Shown: one piece after another, positions 17,689 through 26,017 of the stretch | Position numbering within the stretch: position 1 is the stretch's first letter | Layout: the number at the start of each line of letters is the position of its first letter | Assembly (NCBI GenBank): GCA_946630435.1 | Contig: CAMOYS010000003.1 | Span: forward strand, 1-42,982 | Reading direction: 5' to 3' | DNA: 42,982 nt | Origin: an uncultured Bacillales bacterium | GTDB taxonomy: Bacteria > Bacillota_I > Bacilli_A > RFN20 > CAG-826 | Position numbers and translations under genes: made by a program | Notes under the pieces: generated by a model | Seen by the model: only the letters and a program-made list of their open reading frames with translations | Database searches by the model: none | What the model was told of the DNA's origin: nothing

Positions 17689-17997
17689 ATGACTATCGAA
17701 GAAAGAGAAAATGCCTTTAACCAAATGTTAGGCGAAGAAGTATCTACTACTTTAGTTGATACCTACCTCCGCTTAGCAACTCAAAAAATACTTAATCATA
17801 GATACCCTTTTGACAAAACTAAAGTAGAAATCGAGCCTAGATTTGAAATGGATATGATTGAACTTGCGATTGTTTTATATAACCAAAGAGGTGCTGAGGG
17901 CGAAACTCAACACAACGAAAATGGTGTTTCAAGACATTATCGCACAGAGCAAGAAATCTTAAAATCTATTCCTAGAGTAGCGAGTTTACCACTATGA
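17689..17997 (+). CDS. Head-tail connector (gp15/gp6-like)
   Basis: YNQRGAEGETQHNENGVSR motif; follows the capsid gene. Confidence 0.85.
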   Translation: MTIEERENAFNQMLGEEVSTTLVDTYLRLATQKILNHRYPFDKTKVEIEPRFEMDMIELAIVLYNQRGAEGETQHNENGVSRHYRTEQEILKSIPRVASLPL

Positions 17998-18365
17998 GAA
18001 ACCTTATTAAAAACAAGTCCAAAATGTATGTTTGCAACTTTGTTAAAGAGTGTCAATACATTGGCGAAGATAGTTACTATACTGGCGAAACATACAACCT
18101 ATATGACGCACCTAAAATGTTCTTTTCACATATTAGCGGTGCAAAGGGTAGTAGCCAAAGTGAAATCTTTGGGACTGATATTAGATACGATAAGACTTTA
18201 GTGCTTACTAAACTTGAATTTAAGAAACTAGGAATAACTGAAAATAGCGTATTCTTTATCGAAAAGAAACCTAAATTTGAAGATAAGACACCTTTATACG
18301 ATTATCGTGTAGAGCGTATCGCTGAAACATTAAATGAGGTTGTCATTGCGGTTACAAAGGTCTAA
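17994..18365 (+). CDS. Head closure protein
   Basis: Position; YDY.V..IA..LN.V.IA..KV C-terminus. Confidence 0.75.
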   Translation: MRNLIKNKSKMYVCNFVKECQYIGEDSYYTGETYNLYDAPKMFFSHISGAKGSSQSEIFGTDIRYDKTLVLTKLEFKKLGITENSVFFIEKKPKFEDKTPLYDYRVERIAETLNEVVIAVTKV

Positions 18366-18367
18366 TT

Positions 18368-18943
18368 ATGGACGATGTAGATAGAATTATTAATCAACTT
18401 AAACAGCAACACAAAAAACTTAGTGATAGCGTGTTAGAGGCGGTTAGTAAAGAAATCGAAAGAAACGCTAAAAGAAACTTTAGGCAAGAAATCGAAAATA
18501 TTAGTGGCGACAACCCTTATGTTGATGTCACTAGAACAATAAGCAATGGCGAGGCTACCATCGAGTGTGGTGGCGAGCAAGTCCTATTCGCTGAATTTGG
18601 TGCTGGCACTAACAACTTATATTATATGAACGGACTTGGCTTGGATATGTTAAGCACTAGGTCGTTTCAATACATAGATGGAGAGCCAACTGAAATAGCA
18701 CCAAGACCAGAGGGTATTGTCCCACTTGGCGAATATGGTAAAAAGCACGGACGAGATGATTTTTGGTTTAGACCTACTTATAACCAACGAACTGGTAGTA
18801 AGGAAGCCCTTAAAATCAAACGAAATGGCGATATAGACACTCGTTATGTTTGGACTAAAGGAACTAGACCGATTAGAGCCTTGTGGCGTGCTAGAAATGT
18901 CGCTATTAAAAAACTTATTGAGGGGAGGTTAGATATTAAATGA
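18368..18943 (+). CDS. Neck/tail completion protein (HK97 gp10-like)
   Basis: F.EFGAG and T.GT.P motifs; position. Confidence 0.75.
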   Translation: MDDVDRIINQLKQQHKKLSDSVLEAVSKEIERNAKRNFRQEIENISGDNPYVDVTRTISNGEATIECGGEQVLFAEFGAGTNNLYYMNGLGLDMLSTRSFQYIDGEPTEIAPRPEGIVPLGEYGKKHGRDDFWFRPTYNQRTGSKEALKIKRNGDIDTRYVWTKGTRPIRALWRARNVAIKKLIEGRLDIK

Positions 18944-19338
18944 TAAATATATTCAATGAATTATACACTTACCTAGTTAATACTTTAACCAACTATGATA
19001 GCAATATAAAAACATCTAGTGTTTATCAAAATGTTCCAACCGAATATCCATTTGTGAGTTTTGAAGAAATCGTTGACGCTGTTTATCCATTAACAAGCGA
19101 CGATTGTAACATCGAAAACCACGCTCAAAAAGAATATGAAGTTAACATTTATACACAAAAACCAAATAAAAAGAGTAAGGCTGACGCTATTGCAAATATT
19201 ATTGACAATATGATGAGTAGATATGGCTTTACAAGGGTGTCTAAAAACGCAATTCAAGACACTAACGAAACGATTTACCGAATTATCCTTAGATATGACG
19301 GCATTGTTTCAAAAGAACATATAGTTTATAGGAGGTAA
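18940..19338 (+). CDS. Tail terminator protein
   Basis: P..YPFVSFEE, YEVNIY, GF.R, YRI..RY; precedes the tail tube gene. Confidence 0.8.
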   Translation: MINIFNELYTYLVNTLTNYDSNIKTSSVYQNVPTEYPFVSFEEIVDAVYPLTSDDCNIENHAQKEYEVNIYTQKPNKKSKADAIANIIDNMMSRYGFTRVSKNAIQDTNETIYRIILRYDGIVSKEHIVYRR

Positions 19339-19344
19339 AAAACT

Positions 19345-19800
19345 ATGAGTGCTTCTACTACACCTATTTCCACACATAAAGTTTCATTAATGAAATATAA
19401 CCCTGCTGGAACTGGAACTGACAAATACGAACAACTTTGTTGCATTAAATCTTTCCCAGATTTAGATAGCAAAGTCGAGCCAGACCAAATCGAAGTTACA
19501 ACTTTATGTGATGAATACCACGAATATATTGATGGCTTAAAGAACTATGGCGATGATTTAGAATTTACCGCTAACTATGTTAAAGACACATTTGATACCA
19601 TTAATGGTCTTACTGGCAAAGTTCAACTCGCTATTTACTTTAACACTGGCTCTAGTTTTGATGGCGATAATGGAAAATTCTATTTCGGTGGCGAAGTTTC
19701 CGCTGTTGTCAATGGCGGTGGCGTTGGCGATGTTATCGAAATGACTATCCGTGTCAAACTCAAAGAGGCTTTATCCGTTACCGAGCCATCACATTCTTAA
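19345..19800 (+). CDS. Major tail (tube) protein
   Basis: IK.FPDL...PDQIEVTTL.D...YI.G......LEFTANY. Confidence 0.88.
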   Translation: MSASTTPISTHKVSLMKYNPAGTGTDKYEQLCCIKSFPDLDSKVEPDQIEVTTLCDEYHEYIDGLKNYGDDLEFTANYVKDTFDTINGLTGKVQLAIYFNTGSSFDGDNGKFYFGGEVSAVVNGGGVGDVIEMTIRVKLKEALSVTEPSHS

Positions 19801-19826
19801 TTTAATTTTTACGGAGGTATCTACAA

Positions 19827-20147
19827 GTGGGTAGAAAACAAATCAATTTAGAATTTTACGATAAGAAATATATTATCGAATATAATCGCTCTAGCGTATT
19901 AGAAGTTGTAGGCATTAAAGAAGAAAACGACCTCGACAAAATCGTTGGTTTAGTCAAGGCTGGTCTTAAAATGCACCACGAAAACGATATGCCTAGTAAT
20001 GATGAAGTTAAAGGTTGGCTTATTGCTTTAGGCGATAATGTCAAAGAGTTTGCGGAAGCGTTACAAGAAATGGTGCAAGATGTTCTTGAAACATTTAAGA
20101 GTGATAGAAAAAACTTGAAGTGGGGGAAAACCGAAGTAGAGGCATAA
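19827..20147 (+). CDS. Tail assembly chaperone (gpG-like)
   Basis: Between tail tube and tape measure; GGAGG RBS, GTG start. Confidence 0.8.
   Translation: MGRKQINLEFYDKKYIIEYNRSSVLEVVGIKEENDLDKIVGLVKAGLKMHHENDMPSNDEVKGWLIALGDNVKEFAEALQEMVQDVLETFKSDRKNLKWGKTEVEA
20108..20114 (+). other. -1 programmed frameshift slippery site A AAA AAC
   Basis: X XXY YYZ heptamer in the chaperone frame; the -1 frame opens right after TAG 20105-20107 and runs to 20494. Confidence 0.8.
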
Positions 20148-20494
20148 CCCCCACCGAATACTTAAAAAAATTGTGTGCTTATGCGATGTCGTTAGGAATG
20201 TCGTATGAAGATTATTGGTTTAATCACTACGATTTAATTTATTACTACATAGAAGCCGAAGAAATTAGGCAACGAAAACGCAATAACGAGTTGTGGCTAC
20301 AAGGTGCTTATATTTATCAAGCCATAGGTAGTTTAACACCAGTTCTTAACCCATTTAGTAAAGACCACAAAGCACGACCTTACCTTAAAGAGCCGATACC
20401 TATTACACAAAAGGATATTGACGAGCGAGAGGAAAGAAAAGTGCAACAAATGAAAGACTACTTGATGTCAAGGGTCAAGAAGCAAGGAGGTTAG
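20120..20494 (+). CDS. Tail assembly chaperone extension (gpT-like), probably made as a G-T fusion
   Basis: -1 frame overlap; GMSYE.YW and WLQGAYIY.A motifs. Confidence 0.8.
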   Translation: MGENRSRGITPTEYLKKLCAYAMSLGMSYEDYWFNHYDLIYYYIEAEEIRQRKRNNELWLQGAYIYQAIGSLTPVLNPFSKDHKARPYLKEPIPITQKDIDEREERKVQQMKDYLMSRVKKQGG

Positions 20495-20498
20495 TAAT

Positions 20499-22613
20499 AT
20501 GGCAACCGCTAGTTATGATAAATTAACAATAAAAGTTGGCATTGATAGTTCTGGTGCTAATCGTGGCATTACAAAACTTTCAACTAACCTCCGTGAATTA
20601 GATAAGACCGCACAAGAAATTGACACCAAGCATATTGAAGAAGTTAGAGAACTCTTACAAAGCATTGCAAATATCGACTTTAGTAATGTCACACAAGGTT
20701 TGCAGTCCGTTGTAAGTGCTTTTAAATCTTTTAACAGCAAAACCTTTATGAAAGCCACAAATGGTGGCAAAGATTTAAGCGGACAATTAGTTCCAGATGT
20801 TTCTAAATTAAGAGATTTTAATGAAATATTAGGAAGCATAGAAGTTTCTCCGTTTGCAAATCAAAATACCGACCTTTCTAAATACAACAAGTTAATTGAG
20901 GAAGCCACACAAAAAACTTACGATTTAAGTGGTGCTTTAAATTCAGTTGATGATGAAAGTGATTTAATTAATGTTGAAGAAGAATTTAAGAAAATCGGTC
21001 TTAATGCAACTCAAATCAAAGAGGCTTTTAAATCTATCAACTTTGAAAAAGGAACATTTAACGAAGAAGAAATCGCAAAGTTAAATGAAACCTTACAAAA
21101 ATTAGGTTATACAGCCGAAGAAACCGAAGAAATCATTAGCCGTCTTAAAAAAGAGGTTGATGAAACAAATAAATCTAGTAAGAAAGCAAGTGAAAAAGGA
21201 CTTGCAAAACTTTTAACATCGTTTAAGCGTATTCTTAAATATCGTGTTATCCGTAAAGTAATTCAAGATATATTTAAGGCGTTTAGCGAGGGCGTTAAAA
21301 ATGTTGTTGAATTTGACGAGGCAACTAACGAAGCGTTTACTCAAATTAGAGCAAGTTTAGGCTACTTAACAAATAGTTTAGGTAGTATGCTTGCACCTTT
21401 AATTCAATCATTACAACCTCTTATCTCCGCTCTTGCTGATAGTCTTGGCGATATTGCTAACGAATTTGGCAAAGTGTTTGCTGAACTTAACGGACAAACA
21501 GCATTTGCACAAGCCACAAAAGATGTTGACGCTTATAGAAATAGTTTAAATAAAACAAAAGCCATTGGTATTGATGAACTTAATATCATAGGCGACACAA
21601 CATCCACTGGAAGTTTTGAGATGGTTGATGTTGAGGCAAACGAAAACGCTAACGAATTAAGAGAAGCGGTAAGCGAAATTGCTTCTTTAATTGGTAATAT
21701 TGTTACAAGCCTAGCACCTTTATTTAATACATTAGCAAATACTCTTGTTCCATTATTAAAAATTATAACCGAATTATTATCTACAGCATTTTTAACCATT
21801 GACAATTTGTTTGAAAAAGCGAGCGGTTTTGTAGGTGGGGTTTTAACACCAATATTCAATATTATTAAGAAAGTTAACTCACTCATAAATGGCTTATTAG
21901 GTAACACAATGGATAAGGTTAACGAAATGGTTGGCTCTATTCTTTATGCGGTTGGAAACATCTTTGATTTCGTTGATGAAATTGTAAACAACCTAATGCC
22001 TTTACTTGTTCCTATTATGAACTGGCTCGCACCTATTATTGATATTATAGGCGAAGTCGTAGGAATGGTATTTAACCTCGTTGGTGGTATCTTCCACTTA
22101 TTAGAGCCACTTTTAAGAGTGCTGGCGGTTATTTCTACCGTATTAGGTGCAATTATGACCGTATGTTCAACCATCATTTATTTCTTAAAAGCGATAGTTT
22201 CCACAATTCGAGATATTTTTGCTTGGAGATGGGACAAAATCGGTAGTGAGTGGGAAAGTATGGCTGATGATATTAAACGAGTTTGGATAGAGTTTGGCGA
22301 AACAACAGCACAAACATTTACCGCAAACTTTAGTGGATATGCGACTGGCGGTTTCCCAGAAGATGGCTTCTTCTTTGCAAACCACAACGAACTTATCGGC
22401 ACATTTGATAATGGCAAGACAGCGGTTGCAAACAACGAACAAATCACAAACGGAATTTATCAAGCGGTTTTACAAGCGTTAAGAGAAAGTGGTGGCAATC
22501 AAAATGTCACAATTAACCTAGATGGCTACGAAATCGCAAGGGCTGTTACAAATAGACAAAACGATTATGGCAGTGACGCATTTAGAGGCGGAACACTTGT
22601 ATATGGAAAGTAG
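20499..22613 (+). CDS. Tape measure protein (704 aa)
   Basis: Helical amphipathic repeats, GIDELNII, C-terminal YATGGFP..G..F.A...E..G....TAVANN.QI. Confidence 0.9.
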   Translation: MATASYDKLTIKVGIDSSGANRGITKLSTNLRELDKTAQEIDTKHIEEVRELLQSIANIDFSNVTQGLQSVVSAFKSFNSKTFMKATNGGKDLSGQLVPDVSKLRDFNEILGSIEVSPFANQNTDLSKYNKLIEEATQKTYDLSGALNSVDDESDLINVEEEFKKIGLNATQIKEAFKSINFEKGTFNEEEIAKLNETLQKLGYTAEETEEIISRLKKEVDETNKSSKKASEKGLAKLLTSFKRILKYRVIRKVIQDIFKAFSEGVKNVVEFDEATNEAFTQIRASLGYLTNSLGSMLAPLIQSLQPLISALADSLGDIANEFGKVFAELNGQTAFAQATKDVDAYRNSLNKTKAIGIDELNIIGDTTSTGSFEMVDVEANENANELREAVSEIASLIGNIVTSLAPLFNTLANTLVPLLKIITELLSTAFLTIDNLFEKASGFVGGVLTPIFNIIKKVNSLINGLLGNTMDKVNEMVGSILYAVGNIFDFVDEIVNNLMPLLVPIMNWLAPIIDIIGEVVGMVFNLVGGIFHLLEPLLRVLAVISTVLGAIMTVCSTIIYFLKAIVSTIRDIFAWRWDKIGSEWESMADDIKRVWIEFGETTAQTFTANFSGYATGGFPEDGFFFANHNELIGTFDNGKTAVANNEQITNGIYQAVLQALRESGGNQNVTINLDGYEIARAVTNRQNDYGSDAFRGGTLVYGK

Positions 22614-23063
22614 GTGCAGATTATGTCTTTTCAAGTTAGATTAGGAACAACAAGTGCGATAGCAACAAACGGAAATGGCGTAGAGGGAACAACAATGATT
22701 ACTATGCCTATTTCAAGCACCTATAAAACAACCAGTAGCACATTAGTTAGTCAAGGTAGAAACACGCAAGGCTTTTTAAAATTTAGTATCGTCCGTAGTG
22801 GCATTAGAAAAATTGAAATGTCTTGGCGAGCAATTTCTATTACTGATTACGCAAAACTAGGAACTTTCTTTAATACCAACTTCACTTTCTACGCTTACTA
22901 TTTCGACCAAGACACTAATAGTTGGGTTACAAAAGAAATGTATGTTGGCGATAGAGTTGCGGACGCTATCCAAAACGAACAATGGTCGCAAAATACTGGT
23001 GTTGGTGGCAATATTGCGCCAAAGCATATTGGCAACCTTAAATTATCATTAATTGAACTATAA
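22614..23063 (+). CDS. Distal tail protein-like
   Basis: Follows the tape measure; GRN..G, K.E..W, MYVGDR, L.LIE motifs. Confidence 0.75.
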   Translation: MQIMSFQVRLGTTSAIATNGNGVEGTTMITMPISSTYKTTSSTLVSQGRNTQGFLKFSIVRSGIRKIEMSWRAISITDYAKLGTFFNTNFTFYAYYFDQDTNSWVTKEMYVGDRVADAIQNEQWSQNTGVGGNIAPKHIGNLKLSLIEL

Positions 23064-23073
23064 GAGGTTAGTT

Positions 23074-24516
23074 ATGTTATCTTCTTCTCACAACTGGAAC
23101 GATGAATATTTATCAAAAGCAATAGTAAAAAATTGCGACCTTTTTGTATATTCAAATAGCGGAACAAAACTATACGATAAATCTAATATTTTAAGTTATA
23201 GGTTATCTTCAAGAAATAGTTATGTGTGCGAGCAAATACCGACTGATGATGGCACGCTCGAACTTTATGGCGAGGTTAGTATTGCAAAAGAAACTATCCT
23301 CAAAATCGCTTATGTAATGGAAAACGATGAAACGACCACTTGCAAAGTTTTAGCCGTTAATGATTGTAGATATAACAAAGACAAAAATACGACAACTATT
23401 TCTTTAGTAAGTCCTTTTAAATTAGGATATAAAGCCTCGTCTTATAATCAAGGCTATACATTAAGCGAATATACACAATTAGAGGCACTTTCAAACGCAA
23501 CTGGCATAAAAATACCGCCACTTGCAAAAGCCACTAAATTTTCAATTTTACACAATGATACATACGATTATTTCTATTTCTCACACCTAGAACAAATACC
23601 TATTAATAGCGTTGTTTGTGTTTTTGAGGACGATTATGTTTTTGAAGATAATTCTTATAACTATAGCACTAAAGTTGATACTGACCGAAGTAATGTAATT
23701 ATGCTTGGGTATGAAGTTGATGGCGAAATTAAAATTGACGACTATACAACTACAAGAAGTTATATTAGCCGATTGTTTTATCACACCGACCAAATGGTTT
23801 TCGTTTATTATAAACCAAAATGGTATGACGGAAGTTGGCACTATGACGCAAACTCAACCGCATTTTCTCACAAAGGTCTTAACGCTGTTTATATTGACTA
23901 TAACAACACTTTGCACCCAACAGCCACACAAATCGGTGTTGAAATTTACGGATATGCTTTAGCGTTAGAAGATAGTAGTGGTTTATCTATCCCTTACATT
24001 GTTACACCTCTTAAACAAGCGGAAACAATGGATAACGAGCAAGCACGAATTAGAAGATATTTGAAATATAATAAATTGCACACTTATAAAGGTAGATTAG
24101 ACCCACGCTTTGAGCCACTTGACATTATTAATGTAGAGGCATTTGAAGATATTAATTACCTTGCTATCGAGCAAGTAGATGTCGAGTTTAATGGTGGCTA
24201 CAATGTTACTATTGTTGGTAGAGTTGCAAACTGGCTTATCTTTAAGCCACAATTAGGGCAAGTTAAAGTTACAAACCCTTGGTCTATTACGATTGTTAAC
24301 CCAAACTATGAAGCACACACACTTAAAGTTTATTACTCTAGTGGCTCGACTACATTTTCTGTTAGTGCAAATAGTAGTATTGTTTTAAACAATTCAAATT
24401 GCGATGTGTTGACCGAGAGCGTAGTTGCCTATAGAAATAATATGTTAGCAAGTCCTGTTTATTGTAATTTTGATGAAGAAACGGACAATGTAATAATCTT
24501 GGAGGCAAACATCTAA
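23074..24516 (+). CDS. Tail tip/baseplate hub-like protein
   Basis: Position; R.DPR.EP.D.I motif; ATG 23074 follows GAGG RBS (track start 23053). Confidence 0.65.
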   Translation: MLSSSHNWNDEYLSKAIVKNCDLFVYSNSGTKLYDKSNILSYRLSSRNSYVCEQIPTDDGTLELYGEVSIAKETILKIAYVMENDETTTCKVLAVNDCRYNKDKNTTTISLVSPFKLGYKASSYNQGYTLSEYTQLEALSNATGIKIPPLAKATKFSILHNDTYDYFYFSHLEQIPINSVVCVFEDDYVFEDNSYNYSTKVDTDRSNVIMLGYEVDGEIKIDDYTTTRSYISRLFYHTDQMVFVYYKPKWYDGSWHYDANSTAFSHKGLNAVYIDYNNTLHPTATQIGVEIYGYALALEDSSGLSIPYIVTPLKQAETMDNEQARIRRYLKYNKLHTYKGRLDPRFEPLDIINVEAFEDINYLAIEQVDVEFNGGYNVTIVGRVANWLIFKPQLGQVKVTNPWSITIVNPNYEAHTLKVYYSSGSTTFSVSANSSIVLNNSNCDVLTESVVAYRNNMLASPVYCNFDEETDNVIILEANI

Positions 24517-24986
24517 TGTTAAGAGCGGTTTATATAGGTGGTAGTAGTGTTATCTTGTCCAATTCTAACGATTTGGATATGATTTACTATTACGACACAA
24601 AAGAAGAAGTTGTGGACGCTTTAATTCATAATCACGACCAAAATGTTGATAAGCATTTCGTTGTTTTTGAAGATAGGTTTAAAGTGTTTTTAGGTTGCTA
24701 CGCTTATCCTTTTATGAAAAAGGTTGATGGCGAGGACATCGACTTTGCTAGTTTTTCGATTTTTGAACATAAAGCCGAACTAAAAGCGATATGCGAACTT
24801 GCTATGAAATTTTTAAGACTTAAAGACAAAAGTTGGTATCACATCTTGGCTTTAGCGTATATGTTTGAAAATGGCAAAATGGTGCTAAACGAAGAACAAA
24901 AAGCCAAAGTGCAAGAAGTTCACGACAAAGGAATTGACAAAAACACAAAAAATTATTGTGTAGATATTATATCTAATTTACAATAA
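24516..24986 (+). CDS. Putative minimal nucleotidyltransferase-fold protein
   Basis: N-terminal VYIGGS-x8-DLDM matches the Pol-beta superfamily hG[GS]...DxD signature; GGAGG RBS. Confidence 0.55.
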   Translation: MLRAVYIGGSSVILSNSNDLDMIYYYDTKEEVVDALIHNHDQNVDKHFVVFEDRFKVFLGCYAYPFMKKVDGEDIDFASFSIFEHKAELKAICELAMKFLRLKDKSWYHILALAYMFENGKMVLNEEQKAKVQEVHDKGIDKNTKNYCVDIISNLQ

Positions 24987-25004
24987 GGGTAGGAAAATAG
25001 ATGG

Positions 25005-25031
25005 CACAAAAGGGTGTTAAGCCCTTTTTTT
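25005..25031 (+). promoter_or_regulatory. Terminator-like hairpin upstream of the holin-like genes (copy 2 of the repeated late element)
   Basis: CACAAAAGGGTGTTAA-GCCCTTTTTTT. Confidence 0.65.
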
Positions 25032-25060
25032 ATTTTTGCTGGGGGAAAGGAGGCAACCGA

Positions 25061-25330
25061 ATGGACTTAACAATGTCAACTATAACATTAGGTAGCGTTA
25101 TAGCGATAGTAGGCTGTGTTATTGGTATTCTTAACTTTTTTGGTGGAAAGAAAAAAGCCAATCAAGACGAAGAAGCGAGATTAGTTCGTATGGAAACAAT
25201 GCTTGTAAAGATTGATGAAAATACCAGCGACCTCAAAACCAAAGTAGATAGTCACGATAAATTACTTACAAAACACGAAAGCAAAATCAATGTGCTTGAA
25301 GAAAGAATAAAAGCCAAAGGAGGCAAGTAA
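25061..25330 (+). CDS. Holin/XhlA-like membrane protein (one TM plus coiled coil)
   Basis: ITLGSVIAIVGCVIGILNFF then coiled coil; AAGGAGG RBS favours ATG 25061. Confidence 0.65.
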   Translation: MDLTMSTITLGSVIAIVGCVIGILNFFGGKKKANQDEEARLVRMETMLVKIDENTSDLKTKVDSHDKLLTKHESKINVLEERIKAKGGK

Positions 25331-25331
25331 A

Positions 25332-25625
25332 ATGGAAGTTCAAACAATCGTTAGTTTAGCAATTCTAGGTGTAGTCGTTTTAGGCGGTATCTTTGCTATC
25401 ATTGTCGCAATTTTAAGAGGCGATATGAAAAAGTTTATCATCGAAAAAATGGAAGAAGCCGAAGAATTATATAAGGCATTAGAAAAGCCAGAAAAATCTA
25501 TCAAAAAACTTATGTTCGTTCTTAATGCGGTTAAGGACAAATATAAAATCTTGGAAGTCTTTATGAACGCTAAAAAATTCGTTGAAAAGGTCATTGAGAT
25601 TTCTAAACAAATCAATACTAAATAA
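25332..25625 (+). CDS. Putative holin (single N-terminal TM)
   Basis: ~25-residue hydrophobic N-terminus, then EAEE...KK..FV pattern of small phage holins. Confidence 0.65.
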   Translation: MEVQTIVSLAILGVVVLGGIFAIIVAILRGDMKKFIIEKMEEAEELYKALEKPEKSIKKLMFVLNAVKDKYKILEVFMNAKKFVEKVIEISKQINTK

Positions 25626-25639
25626 GGAGGAGAGGGGAT

Positions 25640-25930
25640 ATGGCAAAAGTTTATACTGGTATTTGCCCATTACGACTTGAAGTAGAAGCAAGCGAAATGC
25701 AATCAATCGCTGGTGTCTTACTTGACGATTTAGAATGTGGCGACATCATCGTTAAACACACCAAAGAAGATGGCAAAGATTTATACCACGCTTACATTGT
25801 CACGCACAAACAAGCGACTGGTATTTGTTTCTCTTACAACACAACTGGTTATAGCGAAACAATATCTTACGACAAGATTGATGGCGTTTGGACTTACAAT
25901 TCAACTGATGTTTGGAAAGTAGAAGAATAA
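25640..25930 (+). CDS. Hypothetical protein (96 aa)
   Basis: ORF with strong RBS in the late operon. Confidence 0.75.
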   Translation: MAKVYTGICPLRLEVEASEMQSIAGVLLDDLECGDIIVKHTKEDGKDLYHAYIVTHKQATGICFSYNTTGYSETISYDKIDGVWTYNSTDVWKVEE

Positions 25931-26017
25931 TCTAAATTATTTAGTAAAAAATGAACGATTTTGTGTTTTTGATTTAAAGTTTTTCACAAAGTCACTTTAT
26001 TTGGAGGAAATTTATTT

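Noticed and set aside
25001-25060. N-terminal extension of the holin-like ORF
   Set aside because: It spans the hairpin element; the AAGGAGG RBS points to ATG 25061.
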